A stretch of DNA of 64,000 bases from an uncultured Acidobacteriota bacterium (GTDB taxonomy: Bacteria; Acidobacteriota; Thermoanaerobaculia; Multivoradales; SZUA-115): the NCBI GenBank assembly GCA_963805975.1, contig CAWDVR010000005.1:608001-672000 (forward strand), written 5' to 3'. Shown one piece after another: positions 52,005 to 64,000 of the stretch. The notes under the pieces are model-generated. The model had not been told where the DNA came from. It was given only the letters and a program-made list of their open reading frames with translations, and did no database searches. Every line of letters starts with the position of its first letter. Position 1 is the first letter of the stretch. A program made the position numbers and the translations under genes.

Positions 52005-54811
52005 ATGAACCTCTCGCCCTGGAAGCGACTCACCTACCTCGCGCTCTCCCTGGCGCTGACGGCGGCCGTGGTCGGCCTGGGAGCGGGCAGCGTTCTGCGC
52101 AAGGTCGCAAGCTTCCAGGCGCTGGGGTTCTCTGCCACTCCCTCGGGTGCGGGCTTCCGGGTGGCGGCGGCGCCGGACCCGGGCTCCGGCCTCCTCGAAG
52201 GCGACGTCGTCCTCTTGATCAACGGCCAGCCGGCGCCCTCCGTGGCGGCAGCACGGGCGGCGCTCGTCGAGCGGCCCGCGAGCCAGCTCACGGTCGTGCG
52301 AGCGGACGCCTTGGTCGAGGTCCGCTACCTGCGGCCCGGCCTGAAGCTCGACTACCGCTTCCTGGTGCTGGCGGCGAGCGGCATGCTCTACCTCGCGATC
52401 GGCCTCTTCACCGCGGTCAAGAGCCGGCAGCGCGGTGGGTTCCTGTTCCTGCTCTGGTGCCTGGCCTCGGCCGCGCTCTTCCTCTTCACCACGACTCGGG
52501 TCCGGCCCGACCTGCTGGAAAAGGTGCTCCTCCTGGGTGAGGACCTGGCACGGGCCCTCCTGCCGCCGCTGATGCTCCACCTGTTCCTGGTCTTTCCCAA
52601 CGCCTCGGGCCTCCAGCGCCTGCGGCGTTTCGTGGCTTTTGCTTACCTGCCGGCGGCCCTGCTGCTGGTGCTCGAGGCCGACCTCGTCCTCTTCGGCGGC
52701 GGGTACTTCTTCGGCGGTCCGATCGAGGCGGCGCAGGAGACTTTGGACCGGATCGGCCTCTATCTCCTGGGGATCTACTCGCTCGGCGCCCTGGCGGTGC
52801 TCGGCTACCGGCTGCGCCTGGCGACCGACCTCGAGGAGCGGCGCCAGCTCCGCTGGATGATGACCGGCGTCGGCACCGGCTACCTGCCGTTCCTGGTGCT
52901 GTACCTGCTGCCCCAGGCGCTCGCGCTTCCCTTGCCGGAGCTGGTCACCACCGTCGCCGTGCTGCCGCTGTTCCTCGTGCCCCTGACCTTCGCGTACGCC
53001 ATCCTGCGCTACAAGCTGTGGGACATCGAGGTCATCGTGCGCGACGCCGTGGCCTCGACGCTGACCGTGCTGCTGGGCGTGCTGGGCTTCGGGCTCATCA
53101 ACCTGTTCATCAGCCGCGGCGTGCCCGAGCGCTTGGCCGAGACCCGCACCTTCCTGTCGTTCGTCGCCGGGCTCGCCATCGCCGGTGTGATGGTGCCGGC
53201 GCGCCGCACCCTGGGCGCCTCGCTCGCCCGGGTGCAGTACGGCGGCAGCTTCGGCAAGCGCCGGGCCCTGGCCGAGCTGGGCAAAGAGCTGCTGCACGAG
53301 CGCGACCTCGACTCGCTCTGCGCGAGCCTGCTCGATCACCTGGCGTCGAGCCTCCAGCTCGACCGCGTCAATCTCTACCTGGGCCAGGGCACGGCGCTGG
53401 TGGCCGTGCGGCCGGACGGCCGGCTGCCGGCCCAGGTGCCGTTCGACCTGCTGTCGGACGACGCCTGGAACGGCGACGTGGCGGCGATCTCCGGCCTCGA
53501 GCCGTTGGCCGACCGCCCGTCCCCGATGCTGCAGCTCTTCCGCGCCGGCTACCGCTACGCCCTCCCGCTCACCGTGCGCGGCAGCCGCGTCGGCCTGCTG
53601 CTCGCGGGCTACCGCCTGGACCAGATGCCGCTGTCGAGCGAGGACGTCGAGCTCGCGCGGGCGGTGCTCAACCAGGCCGCGCTGGCGATCGAGAACGCCC
53701 AGCTCCTCGATCAGCTCCACCAGAAGCTCGAAGAGATGGTGAGCCTGAAGCGTTACAGCGAAGGGATCATCGAGTCCTCGCCGGCCGGGCTCGCCGTGCT
53801 GGCCAAGGACGGGCAGGTGCTCTCCGCCAACCTCGCCTTCGCCGCGCTCGTCGGCAGCGAGCGGCGCTCGGTGGTGGGTGCCGCGCTCGCGAGCCTGCTG
53901 CCGGTGGCGCTGCCGGAGCCCGGCCACGGGCTGGTCGAGGCGAGCTTCACGGACGCCGGCGGCCAGCCCCGCCACTTGCAGCTCTCGGTGGCCGGCCTGG
54001 GTCTGAAGGAGGCCGAGCAGCGGGTGCTGATCGTTCAGGACACCACCGAGCGCGTGGCCCTCCAGCACGAGCTCAAGGAGAAGGAGCGGCTGGCCTCGCT
54101 CGGCATGCTCGCGGCCGGCGTCGCCCACGAGGTCAATACGCCGATCACCGGCATCTCGAGCTACGCCCAGATGCTGCTCGAAGAGACACCGGAGACCGAC
54201 CCTCGCCACGGCGTGCTCAAGAAGATGGAGCGCCAGACGTTCCGCGCCGCCCGCATCGTCTCGAGCCTGCTCGAGTTCGCCCGCAACCGGGCGAGCGAGC
54301 AGCGGCCGACGGCGCTCGGCAAGGTGGTGGCCGAAGCCGTGGACGAGCAGCGCGAGCGCCTGGCCGAGCGCGGCATCACTCTCGACTTCCGACCGCCTCG
54401 CGAGGAGCTGCGGGTGGTGGCCAACGACACCGAGCTGGCCCAGGTGTTCGTCAACCTGCTCACCAACGCCATGGACGCCATGCGCGGGGGCGGCACGCTC
54501 ACCGTGGCCGTCGAGGCGGACGGGCGGCGCGCCCGCGTGCTGGTGGGGGACACCGGCGTCGGGATCCCCGCCGAGCAGATGGAGAAGATCTTCCAGCCCT
54601 TCTTCTCGACCAAGCTCTCCGAGGGCGGCACCGGCCTGGGGCTGTCGATCAGCTACGAGATCGTGCGCCGCCACGGCGGCGAGATGCGCGTCTCCTCGGC
54701 ACCGGGCGAGGGCAGCCGCTTCGTTGTCGACCTGCCGCGGTTCGAGCAGGTGCGCGACAGCGCAGCGGCCGATTCGCCTGCCGCCGGGATCCCTGTCCCC
54801 GAGGTCGGGGG

Positions 54812-54815
<4 letters not shown>
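52005..54815 (+). CDS. Membrane sensor histidine kinase (PDZ-like, multi-TM, GAF, PAS, HisKA, HATPase)
   Basis: GVAHEVNTP, NLLTNA, DTGVG and GTGLGL boxes. Confidence 0.95.
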
Positions 54816-56188
<1,373 letters not shown>

Positions 56189-56283
56189 GCCCCGACCGCG
56201 CTCGGCAGCGATCGCCTCCCACCCTCGATAGAATCGCCTCCTCGAGGCGAGCTCGGACGGGCCGGCAACGGCAAAGGAAGCGC

Positions 56284-58977
56284 ATGCAGACCACCATGTC
56301 AGCTCTGTCCCCGGCAAACCGGCGCCACGCCGGCCGGTGGGTCGCGGGCTTGCTCGCCGGCGCAGTGCTGTTCCCGTCCGCGGGGGCGCGCGAGGCCTCG
56401 CCTCCGGGCGGGCCGGGGCCCGCGAGCGACCCGCCGCGCCTGGTGGCGCCGCTCTCGACCGGCGAGGAGGTGGGGCTCCCGGCGCTCGACCCTGAGGTCC
56501 CCAGCCCGGCCGAGTTCCTCGGCTACCCGCTGGGAACCCGGTTCACCCACTACCCGGCGATCCTCGCCTATCTCGAGCGGCTGGCCCAGGCCTCGCCACG
56601 GGTCACCATCCGCCCCTACGGCGAGACCTACGAGGGGCGCCCGCTCGAGCTGGTCGCCATCTCCAGCCCGGAGAACATCGATCGCCTGGAGGAGATCCGG
56701 CTGCGCCATCTGCGCCTGGCGGCGCCGGCCCTGCTGGCACCGGAGGAGCAGGAGGCGCTCACCTTCACCCAGCCGGCCGTCCTCTGGCTCGCCTACGGCG
56801 TGCACGGCAACGAGTCGTCCTCCGCCGAGGCGGCGATGGGCGCGGCCTACGTGCTGGCGGCGGCCCGGGGAGACTGGGAGCGGCTGCTGCGCGAGGTGAT
56901 CGTGCTGATCGATCCGCTTTCGAACCCCGACGGCCGGGAGCGCTACCTGTCGGGCTACGAGCAGCGGCGCGGGCGCCTCCCCGACCCGGACCCCGCCGCC
57001 GCCGAGCACACGGAGCCCTGGCCCGGCGGCCGCTACAACCACTACCTGATCGACCTCAACCGCGACTGGGCGTGGGCGAGCCAGAAGGAGACCCGCCACC
57101 GCCTCGCCGCCTTCCGGCAGTGGGAGCCCCAGGTCTACGTGGACCTCCACGAGATGGGGAGCGGCTCGACCTACTTCTTCCCGCCGGTGGCCGATCCGGT
57201 GAACCCGTCGATCGACAGGCGCGTGCTCTCCTGGCTCCAGGTCTTCGGCCGCGCCAACAGCCAGGTGTTCGACCGCCAGGGCTGGATCTTCTTCAATTCC
57301 CAGCGCTACGACCTGTTCTACCCCGGCTACGGCGACTCCTACCCGGCGCTCCGCGGTGCCGTTGGTATGACCTACGAGATGGCGGGCGGCGGCCGGGCGG
57401 GCGAGGCTCTACGGTTGCCGGACGGCTCGCTCCTGACCCTCGCCGACCGCTTGGCCCGGCACCTCGCGAGCTCGCTCGCCACGGTCGAGACGGCGGCCGA
57501 GAACCGCGTCGCCCTGCTCAAGGACTACGTGGCCTCGCGCCGCGCGGCTTCCACCCGCCTCGCCCAGAGCGTGCTGTGGGAGGCCGGGCAGCCGGAGGCG
57601 CGCGCCCTCGCCGAGCTGCTGGCCCTGCACGGGGTGGAGGTGAACCAGCTCGTGGCGGACGTCGAGGTGCTGGCCCGGCCGGGTGCCGGCGGCACGGAAG
57701 AGAAACGGCGCTTCCCGAATGGCACCTACGTGGTGTCGACGGCGCAGCCGCTCGCGGCCCTCATCGAAGCGCTGCTGCGAGTCGAGTCGCCCCTGCCGCC
57801 GGAGTTCGTCGAGCGCCAGCGGCAGCGGGTGGCCGACAGCCAGGACACCGAGTTCTACGACGTCACGGCCTGGTCCCTACCCCTCGCCTACAACCTCTCG
57901 ACCTGGTGGATCGAGGGCGAGGCGCCGGCCACCGCACCCTTCCGCCAACCGGCCGGGGGGCTCGCCGGCGCCGGCGACGTCGGCTACCTGCTCTCACCCC
58001 AGGGTGTCGCGGGCTACCGTTTCGCGGCGGTGCTCGGCCGGCAGGGGGTGCGCACCCGGCTGGCGCTGGTGCGTTTCGAGGCCGGCGGCATCGCCTATCC
58101 GGAGGGCACGCTCTTCATCCCGCGGCTCGGAAATGGCGAGGAGCTCGAGGAGCGGCTCCTCGCCCTGGCCGCCGAGCACCGGGTCACGCTGCGCCGGGTG
58201 GCCTCCTCGGCGACCCAGACCGGGATCAGCCTGGGCTCGGACGAGTTCGCGCCCGTGCGGCGCTCGCGCGTCGGCCTGGTGGGCGGGGGCGGTGTCTCCG
58301 CCACCTCCTTCGGGGGCTTCTGGCACCTGCTCTCGGAGGGCGTGGGCCTGGACGTGCGCCGGCTGGATCTCGGTGGGGTGGTAAGCGCGCTCCCCCAGCT
58401 CGAGGTGCTGGTGCTGCCGGACGGCTCGGACTACGGCGAGGTGCTGAGCGAGAGGCAGACCAAGGCGGTGGCCGAGTGGGTGAAGGCGGGCGGCGTCCTG
58501 GTCGCGGTGGGCGACGCCGTCACCTGGGCCGACAAGGTGGGCCTCCTCGGGATCGAGACCTGGAAACCGCCCGAGGACGACGGCGAGACCCACGAGGACG
58601 GGGCCTCGCTGTCCCCGCTCGCCGGCCGGCCCCTGTCCACGCCGGGGGCCATCCTCTCGACCAGTCTCCGGGCGAGCCACCCGATGGCGGCCGGTGTGCT
58701 CGCGCCGCCCCCCATGATGTTCTCCGGTTCGACTATCGTGCTTCCCACCCTGCCGCCGGAGGAGACCGTCCTCACCGTGGCGGCGGAGAAGCCGGTGGCC
58801 TCGGGCCTGGTGTGGGAGGAGGCCAGGGAGCGGCTCTCCGGCTCCCTGCTGGTGGCCGACCACCCTTCCGGCAAGGGGCGGGTCGTCGCCTTCGCCCAGG
58901 ACCCGGTCTTCCGCCTGCTCTTCCGCGGCACCATGCCGCTCTTTCTGAACGCCGTGATGTACGGCCCGAGCTGGTAG
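56284..58977 (+). CDS. M14 zinc carboxypeptidase with C-terminal GATase-like domain
   Basis: Signal peptide; VHGNE, NPDG, DLNRD and DLHEM motifs. Confidence 0.92.
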   Translation: MQTTMSALSPANRRHAGRWVAGLLAGAVLFPSAGAREASPPGGPGPASDPPRLVAPLSTGEEVGLPALDPEVPSPAEFLGYPLGTRFTHYPAILAYLERLAQASPRVTIRPYGETYEGRPLELVAISSPENIDRLEEIRLRHLRLAAPALLAPEEQEALTFTQPAVLWLAYGVHGNESSSAEAAMGAAYVLAAARGDWERLLREVIVLIDPLSNPDGRERYLSGYEQRRGRLPDPDPAAAEHTEPWPGGRYNHYLIDLNRDWAWASQKETRHRLAAFRQWEPQVYVDLHEMGSGSTYFFPPVADPVNPSIDRRVLSWLQVFGRANSQVFDRQGWIFFNSQRYDLFYPGYGDSYPALRGAVGMTYEMAGGGRAGEALRLPDGSLLTLADRLARHLASSLATVETAAENRVALLKDYVASRRAASTRLAQSVLWEAGQPEARALAELLALHGVEVNQLVADVEVLARPGAGGTEEKRRFPNGTYVVSTAQPLAALIEALLRVESPLPPEFVERQRQRVADSQDTEFYDVTAWSLPLAYNLSTWWIEGEAPATAPFRQPAGGLAGAGDVGYLLSPQGVAGYRFAAVLGRQGVRTRLALVRFEAGGIAYPEGTLFIPRLGNGEELEERLLALAAEHRVTLRRVASSATQTGISLGSDEFAPVRRSRVGLVGGGGVSATSFGGFWHLLSEGVGLDVRRLDLGGVVSALPQLEVLVLPDGSDYGEVLSERQTKAVAEWVKAGGVLVAVGDAVTWADKVGLLGIETWKPPEDDGETHEDGASLSPLAGRPLSTPGAILSTSLRASHPMAAGVLAPPPMMFSGSTIVLPTLPPEETVLTVAAEKPVASGLVWEEARERLSGSLLVADHPSGKGRVVAFAQDPVFRLLFRGTMPLFLNAVMYGPSW

Positions 58978-59106
58978 GGAATATCAACGGCCGGGCCACG
59001 GTTGCACCGGGACGGCAAAATCCGTTAGCCTCCTCGGTTCCCGGGCTCGCCCGGCGAGCTACGTCCAAGCACTTGCGATCCACCCATCCGGAAGGCAGGA
59101 ATCACC

Positions 59107-59316
59107 ATGAAGGAAGGCATCCACCCCGAGCTGCACCTGGTGACCGTGGTCTGCGCCTGCGGCAACACCTTCGAGACCCATTCGACGACCGACGAGCTGC
59201 GGCTCGAGATCTGCAGCGAGTGTCATCCCTTCTTCAGCGGCAAGCAGAAGCTGATCGACACCGCCGGCCGCGTGGAGCGCTTCCAGCGCCGCTACGGCCA
59301 GCGCGCCACGGTCTGA
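59107..59316 (+). CDS. rpmE: 50S ribosomal protein L31 (Zn-binding type)
   Basis: [20 protein letters not shown] and GRVERF motifs. Confidence 0.98.
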   Translation: MKEGIHPELHLVTVVCACGNTFETHSTTDELRLEICSECHPFFSGKQKLIDTAGRVERFQRRYGQRATV

Positions 59317-59425
59317 AGCAGCGGAGCAGGCTTTCTGAGACGCCGCGGGCTCGCCCTCGCGGCGCCGGTTTCACCGTCCCGGCTCGTACCCATCCCGTGA
59401 GCCCCTCGCAACCCCCTCGACGCCG

Positions 59426-60508
59426 ATGATCGACAAGCTCGCCCTCCTGGAGCGCACTCACGAGGAGCTGACGGCGAAGCTCGCCGACCCCGGTGTCCTG
59501 GCCGACCCCAAGGCCTACACCAAGGCCACCCGGGCGCTCGCCGAGATCAACGACATCGTCGGCCTCTACCGCCAGTATCGCCAGGCGGAGCGCCAGCTCG
59601 CCGAGACCGACGGGATGCTCGCCGGGATGCCGCGCGAGGACGAGCTCCACGAGATGGCGAGCGAGGAGCGCACACGGCTGGCGGCGAACCTCGAGGAGCT
59701 CCAGGGCCGGCTGCGGCGCGAGCTGACGCCGAAAGACCCCAACGACGAGCGCAACGTGGTGCTCGAGATCCGCGCCGGCACCGGCGGCGACGAGGCGAGC
59801 CTCTTCGCCTCGGAGCTCTTCCGCATGTACAGCCGCTACGCCGAGTCACGCGGCTGGCGGGTCGAGGTCATCGACCTCTCCGAGTCCGAGGTCGGCGGCG
59901 CGAAGGAGGTCTCAGCCATCGTCGAGGGCCGCGGCGCCTACAGCAAGCTCAAGTACGAAGGCGGGGTCCACCGCGTGCAGCGGGTGCCCTCGACCGAGGC
60001 CCAGGGCCGCATCCACACCTCGGCGGTGACCGTCGCCGTGCTGCCCGAAGCCGACGACGTCGAGGTGACGGTGGACGAGAAGGATCTCCGCATCGACCGC
60101 TACTGCTCCTCGGGGCCGGGCGGCCAGGGCGTCAACACCACCTACTCCGCGGTGCGGCTGACCCACCTGCCCTCGGGCATCGTGGTCGCCTGCCAGGACG
60201 AGCGCAGCCAGATCAAGAACAAGGCCAAGGCGCTGCGGGTGCTCAAGGCACGCCTGCTCGAGGTCGAGCGCGAGAAAGCCCAGTCCGAGCTCTCCGCCGA
60301 GCGCCGCCGGATGGTGGGCTCGGGCGACCGCTCGGAGAAGATCCGCACCTACAACTTTCCCCAGAGCCGGGTGACCGATCACCGCATCGGCCTCACGCTG
60401 CATCAGCTGCCGCGGGTCCTCGAAGGCGACCTCGAGCCGCTGATCGCGCCGCTCGTCGCGCACTACGAGGCCGAGCGCATGGAGGAAGCTGCCCGAGGTG
60501 GCAACTGA
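59426..60508 (+). CDS. prfA: Peptide chain release factor 1
   Basis: [11 protein letters not shown], PxT motif (PST), GGQ and [12 protein letters not shown]. Confidence 0.98.
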   Translation: MIDKLALLERTHEELTAKLADPGVLADPKAYTKATRALAEINDIVGLYRQYRQAERQLAETDGMLAGMPREDELHEMASEERTRLAANLEELQGRLRRELTPKDPNDERNVVLEIRAGTGGDEASLFASELFRMYSRYAESRGWRVEVIDLSESEVGGAKEVSAIVEGRGAYSKLKYEGGVHRVQRVPSTEAQGRIHTSAVTVAVLPEADDVEVTVDEKDLRIDRYCSSGPGGQGVNTTYSAVRLTHLPSGIVVACQDERSQIKNKAKALRVLKARLLEVEREKAQSELSAERRRMVGSGDRSEKIRTYNFPQSRVTDHRIGLTLHQLPRVLEGDLEPLIAPLVAHYEAERMEEAARGGN

Positions 60509-61355
60509 ACTGCGGCAACTGAACCGCGGCAAGGTGAGAGGGAGGCAGCCGGTGGCCGAGCTGGAAGAAGTGGTCGAGGAGGCACAGGAGCAGCCCTTTT
60601 CGGTCGAGTACGTGCGTCCTGACCGCGCGGTCAAGCCGATCTACCTCCTGGCCGACAGCCAGATCCTGTTCTGGAAACCGGGCGGCACGCCGTTCATGGC
60701 CGGGATCAAGGCGCGGCTCGAGAAGAGCCAGCCGCGCGCCGCCTACCTCGGCGCCTCGAACGGCGACGATCCCACCTTCTATTCGATCTTCGAAGCCGCG
60801 ACCGAAGAGGTGGGGATCACCGAGCGGCGGATGGTCCGCGCCGACCTGGGGCCGGACGACCTCGATTTCCTGGACGCGGCGGACCTCATCCTCCTCGCAG
60901 GCGGCGACGTGGAGCGCGGCTGGCGCTCCTTCGAGGCCAACGGCCTCAAGCAGATCCTCGTCCGCCGCTACTACGAGGGCGCGCTCCTGATGGGCATCTC
61001 GGCCGGCGCCGTGCAGCTCGGCCTGGGCGGCTGGGGCTCGGCGGGCTTCTCCTCCGGCCGCTTCGTCGACACCCTGCGCCTCCTGCCGCACGTGGTGGGC
61101 GCGCACGAGGAGATCGAGGACTGGGCCTCGCTCAAGGCCGCCGTGCTGCACCTGGGCGGCCACGTGCGCGGCTACGGCATCCCGCTCGGCAGCGGCTTCG
61201 TCTACCACCCGGACCACGCCATCGAGCCGTTGCGCCGCCCGCTGATCGAGATCCGGGTCCAGGGCGGCGACCTGCGCCAGATGGTGCTCCTGCCCGGCGA
61301 CGTGCGGGACGGCGACGCCGTGGGTGAAGGTGGCGACGACCCGTTGGTGAACTGA
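60498..61355 (+). CDS. Peptidase S51 / class I GATase-like protein
   Basis: LAGGD and GISAGA nucleophile elbow. Confidence 0.8.
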   Translation: MATELRQLNRGKVRGRQPVAELEEVVEEAQEQPFSVEYVRPDRAVKPIYLLADSQILFWKPGGTPFMAGIKARLEKSQPRAAYLGASNGDDPTFYSIFEAATEEVGITERRMVRADLGPDDLDFLDAADLILLAGGDVERGWRSFEANGLKQILVRRYYEGALLMGISAGAVQLGLGGWGSAGFSSGRFVDTLRLLPHVVGAHEEIEDWASLKAAVLHLGGHVRGYGIPLGSGFVYHPDHAIEPLRRPLIEIRVQGGDLRQMVLLPGDVRDGDAVGEGGDDPLVN

Positions 61356-61436
61356 CCCCGGCTGGCCCTGTCCCCCTTCCCGCCGGTGCCGGGCACCTCC
61401 CTTGGCAACAAAGGGGCTCGTGCCCGGAGGTTTCCC

Positions 61437-62813
61437 ATGGCCAAGAAGCGCTCTCGCACCGCCGCCTGCCTCGGGTCTCTGGCTCTCGCCCTCGTTCTGG
61501 TGGCCGTGGCCCTCCCGGCCGCGCCCCTACTTCCCGCGGACGGGGGCGCACAGATCCTCCTGTTCCGCAAGGTCCGGGTCTTCGATGGCCGCCAGGTGAT
61601 TCCCGAGACCAACGTACTGGTGGTGGGCAAGAGGATCGCCGCCCTCCACCCGCACCTGCCGGCGCCGCCCCATGCCGAGGTAATCGACGGCCGAGGCAAG
61701 ACGCTCCTGCCCGGCCTGATCGATGCCCACGGCCACGCCACGGCAGCCGCTCCCTTCGGGCTGATCGACGCTCTCGCGCTGGGCGTGACCACCGAGCTCG
61801 GCATGTTCGACGACCCGCTTTTCGTGGCGGACCAGAAGGCCACGCACGTCGACGGCGAGCGGGCCCAGTACTTCTCCTCCGGCATCCTCGCCACCGCACC
61901 GGGCGGCCACGGCACGCAGTACGGGTTCCCCATTCCCACCGTCGCCTCGCCGGCGGACGCGCAGCCCTTCGTCGATGCGCGGATCGCGGACGGGGCGGAC
62001 TACATCAAGATCGTCTACGAGGACTTCCGCCACCTCGGCTACGACTTCCCCAAGCTCTCGCGGGAGTCTCTGCGCGCGCTGATCCGGGCCGCGCACCGCC
62101 GCCACCGGATGGCCGTGGTCCATGCCACCGCGCTCGCCGATTCGCGCACCGCCGTGGCCCTGGGGGCGGACGGCCTGGTCCACACCCTGATCGACGTCGA
62201 CCCGGACCCGCACTACGGCCGCTTCGTGGCCCACCACGGCGCTTTCGTCGTGCCCACGCTGACGCTCTACCAGGTGGCGAGCCAGACCGTCCTCGGCCTC
62301 GAGCCGCTGGACGACCCGCTGCTCGCGCCGTATATCTCGCCGGCCGCCGTGGCGTTGATCGAGGCCCCCTTCCCGCCCGGCTTCGAGCAGACGGACTTCG
62401 AGGCGGCGGTCGAGTCCGTGCGCCAGCTCGCCGCCGCCGGGGCCTCGGTCCTCGCCGGCACGGACGCCCCCAACCCCAAGACGGCGCACGGCGCCACGAT
62501 GCACCGCGAGCTCGAGATGCTGGTCTACGCCGGCCTGTCTCCCGCCCGGGCGCTCGCCGCCGCCACCGCCGAGCCGGCCCTGCGCTTCGGCCTCCACGAC
62601 CGCGGTCGCATCCGCCCCGGCCTCCGCGCCGATCTGCTGCTGGTGAACGGCGACCCGACCGCCAACGTCCTCGCCGCGCGCGACATCGCGGGCATCTGGC
62701 AGGGCGGAGTGCGGGTCGACCGCGACGCCCTGGTCGCCGCGAGCGCCCTCATCGAGCCCTCCCCCAAGCACGGCCACGTCTGCGGCCCGGCGGTGAAGCA
62801 GCCCGAGCGGTAG
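61437..62813 (+). CDS. Secreted amidohydrolase family protein
   Basis: PGLIDAHGH, YIKI, AGTDAPN and GLRADLLLV motifs; GGAGG RBS. Confidence 0.92.
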   Translation: MAKKRSRTAACLGSLALALVLVAVALPAAPLLPADGGAQILLFRKVRVFDGRQVIPETNVLVVGKRIAALHPHLPAPPHAEVIDGRGKTLLPGLIDAHGHATAAAPFGLIDALALGVTTELGMFDDPLFVADQKATHVDGERAQYFSSGILATAPGGHGTQYGFPIPTVASPADAQPFVDARIADGADYIKIVYEDFRHLGYDFPKLSRESLRALIRAAHRRHRMAVVHATALADSRTAVALGADGLVHTLIDVDPDPHYGRFVAHHGAFVVPTLTLYQVASQTVLGLEPLDDPLLAPYISPAAVALIEAPFPPGFEQTDFEAAVESVRQLAAAGASVLAGTDAPNPKTAHGATMHRELEMLVYAGLSPARALAAATAEPALRFGLHDRGRIRPGLRADLLLVNGDPTANVLAARDIAGIWQGGVRVDRDALVAASALIEPSPKHGHVCGPAVKQPER

Positions 62814-62875
62814 GCGGGGCGGGTCGGACGGAGTCCCGGTGCCTCAAGCGGGGTGCTAGGCTTGCCAGCAGGCCC

Positions 62876-63732
62876 TTGCCCACCTTCGACCTCCTCGTCG
62901 CCGCCGCCCGCGCCCGCCTCAAGACCGCCCCTTTCGAGCCCTCGCCGCGCGAGGCCCTGCTGCTCGTGGGGCGGGTGCTGGGGCTGTCGGAGGCGCAGGT
63001 GCTGGCGCGGGGGGGCGAGGCGGTGCCCGAGGCGGCGGCGCGGGAGATCGAGGCGCTTCTCGTGCGGCGCCTGGCCGGCGAGCCGGTGGCCTATCTCTTC
63101 GGAGAGCGCGAGTTCTTCGGCAGGTCCTTTGCGGTGGACCCGCGGGTGCTGATCCCCCGTCCGGAGACCGAGCACTTGGTGGAGATAGCCCTCGCGCTGC
63201 CGCTGCCGGCGCGGCCCCGCATCCTGGACTTGGGCACCGGCTCGGGCGCCATCGCCGTGACGCTGGCGCTCGAGCTGCCCGCGGCCCGCGTGGTGGCGAC
63301 AGACCGCTCGCCGGCCGCGCTGGCGGTGGCGGCGGGAACGCGCGCCGCCACGGGGCCGGCGAGCGCCTGCGCTTCCTGGCCGCCGACTGGACAGCACCCT
63401 TCCAGAGTCTCGACTTCGACTTGGTGGTCAGCAACCCGCCCTACGTGAGCCGGGAGGACGCGCCGCGCCTGTCGCCCGAGGTGCGGGAGTTCGAGCCGGC
63501 AGCGGCGCTTTTTGCCGGAGAGGCCGGCCTGGAAGCCATTCTCTTCCTGATCGAAGCGGCCGGGCGCCTCCCCGCGGGTGCCTTCTTTGCCTGCGAGATC
63601 GGTGACGGCCAGCTCCCGGCGATCGAGGCCTTTCTGGGAAGAGAGCGAGTGGGGGAGCCTTCGCTCTCGCTCGTCGAGGCGCGCCAGGACTACGCGGGAA
63701 CCCCGCGAGTTGTGGTACTAAGGCGCGCCTGA
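62876..63732 (+). CDS. prmC: Release factor glutamine methyltransferase, one frameshift near 63335
   Basis: LIPRPETE, LDLGTGSGAI and NPPY motifs; one base apparently missing in GCGGGAAC. Confidence 0.93.
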
Positions 63733-64000
63733 TGGATCGCTTCGTCATCACCGGCCCCACTCGACTCGCCGGCACCGTGCGCGCCTCCGGGGCCAAGAAC
63801 GCCGCGCTGCCGGCGCTCGCCGCGAGCCTGCTCACCGACCAGCGCCTGACCCTGGGCCGCGTGCCGCGGGTGCGCGACATCCACACCTTCCTCGCGCTGC
63901 TCGATCACCTGGGCGTGGGCCACGAGGAGGCCGCGGGCGGCCTGTCGCTCGCGCCCGCGGGCACTCGGCACGAGGCCGACGAGGCGCCGTACGAGGTGGT
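63732..64000 (+). CDS. murA: UDP-N-acetylglucosamine 1-carboxyvinyltransferase, N-terminal part
   Basis: MDRFVITGPTRLAGTVRASGAKNAALPALAASLL; runs off the window. Confidence 0.95.
   Translation, partial: MDRFVITGPTRLAGTVRASGAKNAALPALAASLLTDQRLTLGRVPRVRDIHTFLALLDHLGVGHEEAAGGLSLAPAGTRHEADEAPYEV

Noticed and set aside
63330-63345. Programmed frameshift in prmC
   Set aside because: No slippery site; one missing base in a G run is more simply a sequencing error

Overview
High-GC bacterial chromosomal window; gene content and motifs suggest Acidobacteriota, probably Thermoanaerobaculia (inference). The flanks (1-18.9 kb and 47.5-64 kb) carry mostly intact housekeeping and signalling genes: an ECF sigma/Ser-Thr kinase-TPR pair, pdxA, hfq-like, ricT-like, purD, pta, sigK/rskA-like, sodC, tlpA-like, comF, a sigma54 two-component system, rpmE, prfA, prmC and murA. 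Between them is a ~28.5 kb genomic island integrated in the 3' end of tRNA-Ala(GGC), bounded by a 49-bp direct repeat (18971-19019 / 47550-47598) with matching arm-type sites. The island holds a tyrosine integrase, a large serine recombinase, a degenerate primase and helicase-like ATPase, VirD4-like ATPases and secreted cargo, and many of these genes are frameshifted. Main observations: (1) a secreted precursor with four GGLMDPNG-like repeats directly upstream of a zinc-finger/TPR protein, beside the integrase, mirrored by a paralogous peptide + sigma2-only + zinc-finger/TPR module just outside the island; this is a candidate undescribed peptide-signalling system. (2) A ~215-bp duplication of the serine recombinase 3' end plus terminator brackets a self-contained cargo unit, suggesting cassette capture. 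(3) Two unrelated cargo proteins share a C-terminal FADGFE(S/T)GD..TLVVP tail. Family names come from motif recognition only; no searches were run.
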